DNA of 64,000 nucleotides from Vulcanimicrobiota bacterium (GTDB lineage: Bacteria > Vulcanimicrobiota > Vulcanimicrobiia > Vulcanimicrobiales > Vulcanimicrobiaceae), in the NCBI GenBank assembly GCA_963820825.1, contig CAWGBN010000008.1, positions 615,921 to 679,920 on the forward strand, read 5' to 3'. Positions 51,531 through 61,419 of this stretch are shown here, one piece after another. A model generated the notes under the pieces. It did no database searches. It was not told the origin of the DNA and saw nothing but the letters and a program-made list of their open reading frames with translations. Every line of letters begins with the position of its first letter. Position 1 is the first letter of the stretch. A program made the translations under genes and the position numbers.

Positions 51531-51975
51531 TCAAACGTTCACGGCGAGAACACTATACACGACGCCAGCATTGAAAGTTCCACCACCGCCGGTCGTGTCG
51601 TAGAAGGTCTCGTTGACCGCAACGAGTCCGCCTTCCGAAAGTCCACCGTCGTCGGCGCCGTCGTCAAAGCCGTGCAAAACCGTAAATTTACCAGCCGGAA
51701 TACCGTTCCCGCACCCAGCTTTCGCCGGTGTACGCCGTACCGTACAAAGAGCCCTTGCTTTCAATCAGATTGCCGACGGGTTGAACTCCATCGTCTTGCG
51801 CGAAATTATGACGAATGGTCTCACGGCCCGCCGGCGTGATGCGAAAGACCGTGCCCGAACCCATCGCCCCACCGTTGCTCGTAATTCCATACAACAGGCT
51901 TTTAACGGCGATCGGGCTCGACCGCGGAGCCTGTCCGTCGTCCGACCTCTCTCCGGAACGAATAGATGGCACGAA
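51531..51975 (-). pseudogene. Degraded GloVer-repeat protein
   Basis: LLYGITSNGG.GSGTVFRITPAG and FYDTTGGGGTFNAGVVY in different frames; no signal peptide. Confidence 0.7.
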
Positions 51976-52194
51976 ACGTTGCTTTAGCAGGCGCGATCCG
52001 GTTCGAATTTTCCAGAGCGACCGGTGCGATGCCGGCGCTCGTGAAAAAGCCGGGTTGCGAACAGGCCGCGAAAAAATGATGCTCGTCCCCGCCAAAAACG
52101 CCCGAGTGCACATCATAGCCGCCTTTCCCCTGCAATGCTTATGACGCCACTTTTGCCGCGTGGCGGCAAGGGGCTTTTTCAACCACCTTCTATA

Positions 52195-52830
52195 TCAGTT
52201 CTTCTGCACCGAGAACCCGGCCACGACCGGGCCGTATGTGGTGGGAGGACTGTCAAGGTTTACGATCTTGAGCGTGGTGGTGGGCGCGGCGGCGGTAAAG
52301 CTCCAAGACTTCTTCGCATATTTACCATGGCGAGGATCGTTGCCACCGGAAGTGTCCCATGTGAACGTCATAGAGTGGCCCGCGGCGGTGACTTTCATAC
52401 TCTTTACGGTCGGTCCACCGTCACCGTTGCCCGACAACAGGAACGTCACCTTATATTTCGCGCCGGCGGTCGTGGCGAAACGCTTATGCGCAATCGTGCC
52501 GCCGGCGCCGGCGTCAAGGTCGACGCTGCATAGACCGTCGACGCTCCAATAGGTCGAACTTACGAGCTTGACGCTGCCATTGGCGACGTGCCAGGATGGG
52601 GCGAATTTTTGACCCTTGGTGTAGAGCGTGTAGCTGAGCGGCTGCGTAGCTTTTGAAAAGTCGCCGTCCACAAGAAGGCCCGAGCCTCCAGGTTCCGCCG
52701 GACACTTGGCCAGCGGGGAGCGCGAGTCTCCTTGTGCGATCTGCATAGGCGCGAGTGCGGTTTGTGCGCCGAAGCCAGCGCAGCCGGCAAGAATGGAGGC
52801 GCCGAGCATCGCAAGACAACGAGTCACCAT
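52195..52830 (-). CDS. DUF642-like (galactose-binding fold) lipoprotein
   Basis: Lipobox LAGCAG; LLVDGDFS, SVDLDA, YKVTFLLSGN, YGPVV. Confidence 0.7.
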   Translation of the reverse strand: MVTRCLAMLGASILAGCAGFGAQTALAPMQIAQGDSRSPLAKCPAEPGGSGLLVDGDFSKATQPLSYTLYTKGQKFAPSWHVANGSVKLVSSTYWSVDGLCSVDLDAGAGGTIAHKRFATTAGAKYKVTFLLSGNGDGGPTVKSMKVTAAGHSMTFTWDTSGGNDPRHGKYAKKSWSFTAAAPTTTLKIVNLDSPPTTYGPVVAGFSVQKN

Positions 52831-52836
52831 ATGATT

Positions 52837-52919
52837 ACCCGTGACTCGGGGGTCCCGGCCGCTCCCGTTGACTACCCGAGAGTCCTTTCCTGTATGGGTT
52901 TTCGCGTTTTCGAGTCCCT
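52837..52919. repeat. Type-A arm copy lacking the tRNA core
   Basis: ACCCGTGACTCGGGGGTCCCGGCCGCTCCCGT...TCCTTTCCTGTATGGGTTTTCGCGTTTTCGAGTCCCT aligns to 34429-34510. Confidence 0.75.
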
Positions 52920-52961
52920 CTGTCCGATGGAACGTTAATCAGCGAAAGCAACAAAGCACTG

Positions 52962-54554
52962 TTAAAGCGTTGAATCTCTTACTTTGAGCTTCGCGGCAGG
53001 GTCGAACGGTCTCCAATAGAGATGCCGCATGCGAGCGCGCATTTCTTCAACTTCACCTTGAGTCGGCTTCGGTTGAGCCGCTGTGGCCGAGCTTTCAGGC
53101 AGATTCCCCGACGACTTCGCGTTGCAGCCATCTTTAGGAATCAGAAGCACGGCGTGACCTTCCCCCGATGGACTCGTGCCCACGCCCATGATCATTCCGC
53201 ACGGAGTTATACCGTCTGCGAAGATAATGTGCAGCGCGAATCTCGGAGAAATAAGGTCATTCAAGTTCGCGAGTCGTCCGTCTTCCCAAATGAACGCATT
53301 TGTATTATTGAAGCTGCAGTCAAACCCGCCGCCTACGACTTGTTCGCGTGAGTTGACTCCCATGGCTTCACTGAAACAATCGCCGTTTGGATGCCCGAGG
53401 TTCGTAGCTCGACCATGCCTCCACAGATAGGCATCGTACGAGCTCGGCGAAAAAACCGCACCGCCGATGATCTCCTCGCCGTCGGTTATCGCCCTCGCAT
53501 CTTGAGGCGTTCCACCTTTGGTCGAGGTGGCAAGATCGGTCATGCGACCGCCTTTCCAGAGGAATGGGTCCGACGTTTGATCGCCGGCGAGATCGGACCG
53601 CCCGATGACGTCACCACGGTTGTTGACGCCGCTCGGGATTCCCAGAACGCCGCCGAGCGTTCCTAAGTCTTGCATGTGTCCGTTCTTCCAGAGAAAAGGA
53701 TCCAACGTCGGCACTCCAGTCTGCTGGTTTGGCGTCGTATCCGTGTAAGAAGACCCGGTAACGAGACCGCCGTCGCTATTGAACAGGGCCAAAGCGTCGT
53801 TGCCCCCGAGCGTTCCCAAGTCGATGAGCTTCCCGTTCCGCCAAACAAACCCGCGAGTCTGTGTGCCGTTCGCGCTGCCGTAAAGGAAGACGTCGAGAAT
53901 AGAATACGGATCGGAAGTAATATTCTCAGATCCGCCGATGATGTCCCCGCGAGTGTTGACATCGTTCGCGCCGTTTTGATTTCCGCCAAATGACCCAAGG
54001 TCGGCAATATGGCCGTTTACCCAACGGACCGCACGCGTCTGGTTAAAGCCAACTTGCGGATCGAACGATCCGTTTTCCGAGGATCCGATGATAATACTTC
54101 CGTCGGAGCTTTCTGCAAAAGGAACGCTACAGTCGGCGGCGCCCCCAAGCGCACCGAGAGTCGTAACAATGCCGCGATACCAGTTGAACGTTTGCAGCAC
54201 AAAAGACTCGGGGCCGACGATATCGCAAATGCTAGGGTTGCCATGCGGGCCCGTTGGCGTAGAATCGGGCAGCGCTCCGGCAAAGACGCCGTTACGGCTC
54301 AGGAGCGGGTGGCCATTTGCTCCTCCCTCACCGGTGTCGACTGAACCGCTACCGAGATCGACTACGTCGTAAAGGACATGACTTTGCTTTGGGGTTGCCG
54401 CCCTAGTTTGCGACGCACCGATGACGTTCATCCCGGGCTGTGGATTAACGAAATGCCCACCGCACCCAGCGAAAAACGTAGCCGCAACGGTCACCCAGAC
54501 CCGGCCGAGCGAAAAGGTTCGACCAATCAACTGCGAGCCACAAAAACTACGCAT
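52962..54554 (-). CDS. HAF-repeat extracellular lipoprotein
   Basis: FAGCGG lipobox; repeated W.NG...DLGTLGG. Confidence 0.8.
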   Translation of the reverse strand: MRSFCGSQLIGRTFSLGRVWVTVAATFFAGCGGHFVNPQPGMNVIGASQTRAATPKQSHVLYDVVDLGSGSVDTGEGGANGHPLLSRNGVFAGALPDSTPTGPHGNPSICDIVGPESFVLQTFNWYRGIVTTLGALGGAADCSVPFAESSDGSIIIGSSENGSFDPQVGFNQTRAVRWVNGHIADLGSFGGNQNGANDVNTRGDIIGGSENITSDPYSILDVFLYGSANGTQTRGFVWRNGKLIDLGTLGGNDALALFNSDGGLVTGSSYTDTTPNQQTGVPTLDPFLWKNGHMQDLGTLGGVLGIPSGVNNRGDVIGRSDLAGDQTSDPFLWKGGRMTDLATSTKGGTPQDARAITDGEEIIGGAVFSPSSYDAYLWRHGRATNLGHPNGDCFSEAMGVNSREQVVGGGFDCSFNNTNAFIWEDGRLANLNDLISPRFALHIIFADGITPCGMIMGVGTSPSGEGHAVLLIPKDGCNAKSSGNLPESSATAAQPKPTQGEVEEMRARMRHLYWRPFDPAAKLKVRDSTL

Positions 54555-54662
54555 ATAGAGCTCCTTCTGTCATGGGGGCGGTAGTCGGTTCAGAAATGGC
54601 ATGTGTTTCATGCGAGCTTCTCGCGCGAGAATAAAAGTTAGCAGTTCTTTGGGCGTTTAGAA

Positions 54663-54765
54663 TTGCTGCAGCAGTACCAATGCTTAAAGCATGACAGCAA
54701 GAATTTAAAGCCTTCATTTTACTCCTTCAACGCACTATCTGGCCGCGGGCACTACGAATGGATCT
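54663..54765 (-). repeat. Duplicated promoter region and 5' end of the Gly-rich lipoprotein gene
   Basis: 54663-54720 identical to 57474-57531; 54741-54765 matches 57575-57599 with 1 mismatch. Confidence 0.85.
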
Positions 54766-54782
54766 CAATCCTGAAGCGCCAA

Positions 54783-56396
54783 TTAATATTGTTCCGGCGA
54801 GCCGAACGCCGCTAAATGAAAGTGGCGAGCGACCACAGCGCGTATCGCTGCTAAGCCAGTCAGCGGTTTAAAATTAAAAGCTTTTTGCGATTGTGGAATC
54901 CTCCGCGGAGCGATGTCACGCGTGACAACGCTACGATGCGTTACATTCTCGCCACAGGGTTTTGGGTTACCAAGCCGCTCGCACGGGACCAGCACGAACG
55001 CGTGCCCTTTTAACTCTTGGTCTACGATGCGAACTCCGGGCGGCAAACCAGTCCCAGAAATGTCGCCGGCGTCGTCGACATCGAATGCGATGACTAAACG
55101 CAATTTTGAGCCAGGCCCGACAACGTCGTTTAAATTAACGATCGAACCGTCTTGCCACAGCACCGCCCTCATATCGGTTTGCGACGATGAGGGCCAATTG
55201 CACGAGCTAGGTTCAGCGAACGATGTGCCAACGACCTCATCAAGGTCGTTTATGCCGTACCCGAACGAGCAGTTGTCGTCGGCAAGCGGCCCGAGGTCAG
55301 TTATACTGGATGCATGCCTCCACAGCGCGCCGTGGATCGTCACGTCGTCCGATTCACCGGCCCAGCCTACGGCTACGCCCGCTTCATTTATCCACTGCGC
55401 GTAGCCGAAGGAGCCACCGAGCGTGCCGAGGTTTATTAACTTCCCTTCGCGCCAAAGGAATGGATCGGCGGTTTGATCCCCCGCCAGGTTCGAAAAGCCA
55501 ACCACTTCGCCGCGATCATTGATCGCGTTTACCGCTCCAAATGTGCCGCCAAACCCGCCGAGATCGACCATATGTCCGCCATGTCGCGACGGCGACCAAA
55601 GAAACGGGTCCACCACAGAAATCGATCCTTGCGTCTTCCCCGTGTACGAGAATCCTGCAACTTGACCGCGGTTGTTGATGTCTTGGCCGAAGGCATCCGT
55701 GCCGCCCAACGTGCCTAAATCCCGCATGTGCCCGTCTTTCCAGAGAAAGGCGCGCGACTGTGTAGTGCCGGGAATGAAGGGATTTGGATCGTACACCGTG
55801 TTCTCCGCGACACCGGCTACAGCACCTAAGTCGTTGACGCCGGTCGATGCGCTGAAGGTGCCGCCGAGCGTTCCGAGATCGTGGATCTCACCATCGTGCC
55901 ACAGCACCGCACGGTTCTGCTCTCCGAAAATCGGGTCGGGCACTCCATTTTGGGAGGCGCCCGCTGTATCGCCGCGTGCGTTGATCCAGATCGTTTCGCT
56001 GCTCGTCCCGTGCGGAAGCGTGCCTAAGTCATGTAGCGTGTGGTCTTTCCACAAGAAAGCGCGAATGACGTGGCAATCCGGATAGTCGAAGCAGTTAGGG
56101 TAGTGTGGATCGCGTCTCGACGTGTCGGCAAATCCAGTAAGGATTCCGCCGGGAAGTAGCCACTGCTCCGACTCGAATATCCTGCTTCGCGGACCGCCGA
56201 AGGTGCCAACGTCTTCCAAGACGTACCGTACGCGGTTGTGGCTTACGCGTACTTGTGCATGCTCGGCATTGCTTGATGGCGGCCGCACCTGTATCACGGG
56301 AATTTGCGGTGCAGATTGGTTCCCACCGCATCCGGTGAGCAGCCCTGCAGTAATGCTAATGCTTGACGCATAGCGGCCGAAAATCAAAGACTTCAT
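54783..56396 (-). CDS. HAF-repeat extracellular lipoprotein
   Basis: LTGCGG lipobox; repeated AFLW.DG.M.DLGTLGG. Confidence 0.8.
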   Translation of the reverse strand: MKSLIFGRYASSISITAGLLTGCGGNQSAPQIPVIQVRPPSSNAEHAQVRVSHNRVRYVLEDVGTFGGPRSRIFESEQWLLPGGILTGFADTSRRDPHYPNCFDYPDCHVIRAFLWKDHTLHDLGTLPHGTSSETIWINARGDTAGASQNGVPDPIFGEQNRAVLWHDGEIHDLGTLGGTFSASTGVNDLGAVAGVAENTVYDPNPFIPGTTQSRAFLWKDGHMRDLGTLGGTDAFGQDINNRGQVAGFSYTGKTQGSISVVDPFLWSPSRHGGHMVDLGGFGGTFGAVNAINDRGEVVGFSNLAGDQTADPFLWREGKLINLGTLGGSFGYAQWINEAGVAVGWAGESDDVTIHGALWRHASSITDLGPLADDNCSFGYGINDLDEVVGTSFAEPSSCNWPSSSQTDMRAVLWQDGSIVNLNDVVGPGSKLRLVIAFDVDDAGDISGTGLPPGVRIVDQELKGHAFVLVPCERLGNPKPCGENVTHRSVVTRDIAPRRIPQSQKAFNFKPLTGLAAIRAVVARHFHLAAFGSPEQY

Positions 56397-56598
56397 TTGA
56401 ATACTCTCCAGTAGCGCGAATCCCGGCGCTTCCAGGCGATCTTGCGCCGGACGAAGATCGTTTGTCGTATACCGCATTCTCAGATGATTCTGATTGTAGG
56501 GACCACTCCGGCAGTAACCGAGCCGATTGCCTAAGGCACTTCCCACGTCATAACTGTTCTGCCGTCGCCTAGCTTCGCGTTTGCGCTCCATCGAAAAC

Positions 56599-57528
56599 CT
56601 ACCAGGAGATGACGACTAAGCCGGCAGCACTTCCGCCTTGCTGGTCGGTGACGCTTTTTGCATTCGACTCCGTGTACGATGAACCGCCGCCGCCGCCACC
56701 GCTAGCAGAGCTATAAACAAACTCCCCATAGCGCGCCAGGACGCCGCCACCGCCGCCGCCGCCGCCGTAGTAGCCGCCGCCCCCGCCACCACCGGGAATG
56801 CCGCCCAGGTTACCGCAACCGCGACCACCCGTGCCACCGATGCCGAGCGTCCCGCTTTGGCCGTCGGCAAAGCCCTCGCGACAAAGGGAGTCGTCTCCGT
56901 CGCCGCCGCTGCCGCCTGCGCTCTGCGCCCCGCCACCTCCGCCAGAGCCGCCACAACCGCCCGCGGCGCCGTTGCCGCCGATCAGATCGCCTCCGGCTCC
57001 TCCGGCTCCGCCCTGGCAATTGTTACTGGGGGCCCCGGCACCGCCACCTCCGCCAGCCACGATCACACGGTGGGCGAATGCATCACCGCCTTCGCGCACG
57101 TCGGAGGCCCCGCCACCACCATAACCTCGCCTGACGCCGCTGTTGCCGCCTCCGTTAAAGCCGCCTGAACTGCCCGAGGGGTTGCCGCCAACGAATACCG
57201 CGAGTGACTCTCCCGGGGTGACGGGAATCGTGGCCTTGACGTAACCGCCGCCCAGGCCACTCCCGGAACTTCCGCCATAGGCCTTAACCGTGACGTGCGT
57301 CACGCCGGTGGGCACTGTGAAGTTCTGCTGCGCGCCGGTGTAGTTAAAGGTCGTGCTATAGTGATGGCGCGGCGCGGCTACCGCCGCGACCGCCTTCGTG
57401 GCTTGAGGAACGCCGATCGGTGACGACGCTGCAGAAATCGGTGTCTGCCCTGATCCGCCGCACGCTGCGAGAGTTGCTGCAGCAGTACCAATGCTTAAAG
57501 CATGACAGCAAGAATTTAAAGCCTTCAT
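56599..57528 (-). CDS. Glycine-rich domain lipoprotein
   Basis: LAACGG lipobox; FNYTGAQQNFTVPTGV, GGGGASDVR, IVAGGGGG, GGGGSSY. Confidence 0.8.
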   Translation of the reverse strand: MKALNSCCHALSIGTAAATLAACGGSGQTPISAASSPIGVPQATKAVAAVAAPRHHYSTTFNYTGAQQNFTVPTGVTHVTVKAYGGSSGSGLGGGYVKATIPVTPGESLAVFVGGNPSGSSGGFNGGGNSGVRRGYGGGGASDVREGGDAFAHRVIVAGGGGGAGAPSNNCQGGAGGAGGDLIGGNGAAGGCGGSGGGGGAQSAGGSGGDGDDSLCREGFADGQSGTLGIGGTGGRGCGNLGGIPGGGGGGGYYGGGGGGGGVLARYGEFVYSSASGGGGGGSSYTESNAKSVTDQQGGSAAGLVVISW

Positions 57529-57643
57529 TTTTAAGTCGCTCCTTAAACCAAAAGCGTAAACGGCTAGAGCTACCGGCCGCAGGCACTACGAATGGATCTA
57601 AACGGCACGCGCCAATCGTAGCAGAATCATTTTCGCTCACGCG

Positions 57644-57659
57644 TCCGTAAAAATACGGA
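57644..57659. promoter_or_regulatory. Inverted repeat, candidate LuxR-family operator
   Basis: TCCGTA-AAAA-TACGGA between the LuxR-STAND gene and the lipoprotein cluster. Confidence 0.5.
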
Positions 57660-57676
57660 GGACGTGCGTCAAGAGC

Positions 57677-60137
57677 TCAGACTTGGAGGGCTTCGGCGAT
57701 AGCCTCGTCTTCGCACCAGCTACCTCCGCTAGCCGTCAGCACTTGGTAGCGGTTCGCGCCGAGCCCCGCCTTTAAGGCTTGCACGATTTCGTGGTGCTCT
57801 CGCCGCTCGGCCCCCTCACGCCGATATTTGGTCCTCGCGAGCGTCGCATCCACGTACCCCAATAATTGAGCTGCGCGAACTTGATGCTCGCGTAAAAATA
57901 CCCTATCGCGTGCGGGTTGCAGGGCCGTAGTCGCCGCAAGGTGTTGGAGTGTTATCGCGGTGTAAACTTCGTTCTGTGATTCAAGCGTAAGCGTTAGCGC
58001 TTCACGCGCATGAATGCGAGCCTCTTCAAATCGTGCGGTAGCTATAAGGTATGCGGTCAGGTTCATAAGAGCTTCTGCTAGACTGGATGAGTGTTCCATC
58101 CCGCGCAGGACGGTTAGCGCCCGTTGGCCCAGCTCGAGCGCTTCTTCCAGTTCATTGCTTGCATAAGCGATTTCAGCGAGGTTCTGGGCCGCAATGGACG
58201 CTCCATGGTCATGTCCGCCTAATTCGAACTCGACCAGCGCCTCGCGGAGGTTAGTGCGAGCCTCCGCGATGTTGCCACGGTCAAACTGTACGCGGGCGAT
58301 TCCATTGAGCGCCAGTCCGGCTAGCCGATGGTGGTTGTAATGTCTAGCCACCGAGAGTACCTCTTGCATGTGCGTCTCGGCTTCGGCAAAGCGACGGAGA
58401 TTGCACAAGGCGTGGGCGTACATGGCACGCGCCCTAACGGCCTTCGTGTGATCGGCCACGTGCTCGTACAGCTTCCACGCCCGTTCGGCTTGAACTAGCG
58501 CTTCTTCTCGGTGCCACCCGACACTCACGGCAGCTCGCGCCAGCTCGAGGCGTGCGCGCACCGTTGCTGGAGCACGATGGCCCAGCGTTGTTAGGGCGCT
58601 TTCTATCCAGCGTGAACCCTCTACTTCGCGACCGTAAGAAAACCAGAGATGCTCAATCGAACCGGCGATCGTAGCTCCCAAAAGCATGTCGCCGTCGTTG
58701 CCGAAAGCCCATTGCAGCGCCGCTCGCCAGTTCGCAAACTCCGGCCGAGCCTGCGCAGAATAGAGGGCGTCCGGCATGGTCGGGCACGCCTCATCGAGGC
58801 GCTGAGCCAAGTCCGTCATTGCTTGCGCGTGCGCATACGCAACGGTAGCGGATTCCCCCGCAGCCTGTAGCTTCTCCAACCCGAAGTGACGCGTCGACTC
58901 GGCAAGCGCGTAACGCGATTCGTTGCGACCCTGTGTCCGTTGCACCAGGGACTTCTCGGTCAGCGACCCAAGCACGCTGAGCACTTCGGTTCTCCGGATG
59001 CCATCTCGGCAAACCGCAGCCGCGAGATCGAGCGTGAAGCCTCCGACAAAAACGGCGAGCCGCCTAAGGAGCGTCCGTTCGTTGGGCGACAAGAGATCGT
59101 AACTCCAATCCAGCAACGCGCGCATCGTCTGGTGACGCGCAGGCGCAGCCCGACCAACCGCGCGCGAAATTAAGCACGATTTCCCCGATGTTCTCGGACA
59201 GTGCGTCGATCGAAAACTCAGTGACTCGCGCGGCAGCCAGCTCGATTGCCAACGGAATTCCATCTAAATTCCGGCATAGCTCGCCGAGCGCGGGCGCATT
59301 GTCGTCGGTGAGCGTAAATCGCGGCTGAGCGGCGCAGGCTCGGTCCACGAAGAGCGCTACCGACCCGGAGGTCATCGCAACATCTGCCGTGAGGCCCGAT
59401 ACCTCGGCTGGAAACGCCAGTGACGGCACGCGATGCACGGCCTCGTCGGCGATGCCCAGCCGCTGCCGCGATGTCGCAAGGATCCTGACGTCGGGGCAAG
59501 CCTGAACGATTTTATCGGCTAGGGCAGCGGCCGCTTTCGCGACATGTTCGCAGTTGTCGAAGATCAGCAGCAGAAGTTTCGGCTTGAGCGAGGTAACGAT
59601 CGATTCGCTGAGCGGACAATCGTGCCGTTCGCGAACGCCGATCGCCCACGCGACCGCACGTTGAACGGAGCCCAGATCGGAGATCGTAGAGAAATCGCAA
59701 AACCACACGCCGCTTCTCAAGCGATCAGCGAGTTTGGCGCAGGCCTCGACCGCGAGGCGCGTTTTGCCAACACCTCCGGCGCCTGTAAGCGTAACTAGGC
59801 GATGTTGTTCGAGCAAATGTAAAACGTGCGCGAGATCCGCTTCACGTCCGAGCAGCGGCGCGGTGAAAGCTGGTAGGTTATGCCGTGAGCGTTCGGCCGA
59901 ATGAACCGGCGCGGACGCCGGCGTTGCGGCTAGCAAACCCCGCTCTCGCGCTTCCGCAATGGCGCTTGTGCGGGTACGGGCGTTAAGCTTGCCGAGGACG
60001 TGCGCAACGTGAGTCTCGACCGTACGGGCGCCTAGCCCCAAGCGCGCAGCGATATCTTTATTGGTCAGACCAATCGCCATCAGCTCGAGAACGTCGTGCT
60101 CTCGCGCGGTGAGGGGACTGTGGACCCGCTCCTGCAT
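57677..60137 (-). CDS. LuxR-HTH + NB-ARC/AAA + TPR regulator, +1 frameshift near 59183
   Basis: LTAREHDVL..GLTNKDIA..TVETHV; GAGGVGKT, IFDNCEH, LDGIPLAIELAA; continues as RHQTMRALLDWSYDLL in the next frame. Confidence 0.85.
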
Positions 60138-60184
60138 AGCGCTTTTTGAGCCTCAGGGCGACTTGGCGCTTTGCCGCTTGGGCT

Positions 60185-60336
60185 TCGACTGACGAAGCTG
60201 AAATTCCGGTCTATCGACGCCAATGGCGACGACGTGCGCCTTCGACCGTATCGCACGCAAGGCGAGGATTTCGACGACGCGTTTACATGACCTGCGGCGC
60301 ACCGGCCCCGACGCGCGATCCGGCCGCAGACGATAG
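60185..60336 (+). pseudogene. Tyrosine recombinase remnant (HxxR region)
   Basis: 60223-60336 reads MATTCAFDRIARKARISTTRLHDLRRT...; not in the ORF track. Confidence 0.65.
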
Positions 60337-60574
60337 CGGCAAGGAGCGGATCGCACCGGAATAAGCCGTGAGGGCGAGGCAACCCAGAAATACGCAAATG
60401 CGCATCGTTAGAACCCCCAAGGAACCGCAGAGGACGTAGGCATACTACTCTGCTGGAGTAGGGACCTCCAGCAGTCTGGTGGCCGCCCGTGTTGGCGTCC
60501 CCGCAAAACGAGGCTCCCCTGGCTGGGCGCCGACGTCCATCTCGGAGCCCCGACCTAAATACGTTATGCTGCCG

Positions 60575-60722
60575 CTCCAATCGCCACCTGGAAACGCACT
60601 TGAGCCGCGCAAGGGAGGGCGCAAAGGCCAGCATTCGATTCGGGTCAATAAGTAGTACCGCATCTGCTCTTTGTGGAGAAATGGCGATGCGTAGGAAGTT
60701 GAAATTACTGATTAATCACTAA
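60575..60722 (+). pseudogene. higB: HigB (RelE-like) toxin pseudogene
   Basis: LQSPPGNALEPRKGGRKGQHSIRVNK*YRICSLWRNGDA*EVEITD..H: two in-frame TAG stops (60653, 60692) and an indel near the end; directly upstream of higA. Confidence 0.8.
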
Positions 60723-60733
60723 GGGATCTCAAA

Positions 60734-61045
60734 ATGGGCAAGAGTCAGCGCATTCAGCCAACGCATCCTGGCGAAATCGTTCTCGATGAGTACGCGGGGC
60801 CTTATTCGCTGAGGGCAAACGCCCTAGCAACCGATTTGGGTCCTCCGGCGACGCGTAAAGGAAACATTATTCATCAGCGCCGTGGCATTACGGCGGAGAC
60901 CGCGATTGCGCTCGCTGAGTATTTCAAAACATCCGCTGCGTTCTGGCTTGGCATTCAGATGCAATACGACAAGGAAATAGCCGAGGACGAAATCGGTCAA
61001 TGGGTTCGATCGCGCGTTCGTCGTCGGGAGCTAGTCGAAAGATAG
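60734..61045 (+). CDS. higA: HigA family antitoxin (HTH)
   Basis: PTHPGEIV, RRGITAETAIALAEYFKTSAAFWLGIQMQYD. Confidence 0.85.
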   Translation: MGKSQRIQPTHPGEIVLDEYAGPYSLRANALATDLGPPATRKGNIIHQRRGITAETAIALAEYFKTSAAFWLGIQMQYDKEIAEDEIGQWVRSRVRRRELVER

Positions 61046-61073
61046 CGGCTGCGCGTGCGAACGTGAAGTTCTA

Positions 61074-61281
61074 TAGCGCCAACGGGAATCGAACCTTTTC
61101 TCATTCAGAAACTGGGGAAACTGAGGCAACCGGCGAGCACAAATCCGCCGTTGCGCGGTGTCCAAACCGCTTCGGTTTCCCCTATTTCTCCTATTGCTCG
61201 TCACCCATCCGTCACCCAGAGGTACCATGGCCGCGTAACCCGCCTGCCGTCCCCGGGGAAATTCAGGCGTCTGTTCCGCCG
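61074..61281 (-). repeat. tRNA 3'-end repeat copy 5 (61074-61095) plus type-B arm
   Basis: TAGCGCCAACGGGAATCGAACC; the arm matches 41610-41791. Confidence 0.9.
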
Positions 61282-61288
61282 CGCCCAA

Positions 61289-61419
61289 CCACATTACGAA
61301 GAAGTACGGCCGCTACTCGGACCTCCGATTAAGGTTTGGCCGCCGTAAGGACGAACGATGCAACGTGCAGCAACGCTCCGGCATGAAATTGGAACCACCA
61401 CTTGTACGCTCCAGGCTCG
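61289..61419. pseudogene. 3' ends of the PNPOx-family gene (+) and the metal-binding gene (-), joined at TTAA
   Basis: 61289-61332 matches 42276-42318; 61329-61419 matches 29744-29834. Confidence 0.8.

Noticed and set aside
56600..57250. GCC-rich tract as a DNA repeat element
   Set aside because: Explained by poly-Gly codons of the Gly-rich lipoprotein.
59170..59195. Programmed ribosomal frameshift in the LuxR-STAND gene
   Set aside because: The needed shift is +1 and the GGGGAAA run is not phased as a -1 slippery heptamer; an indel is simpler.
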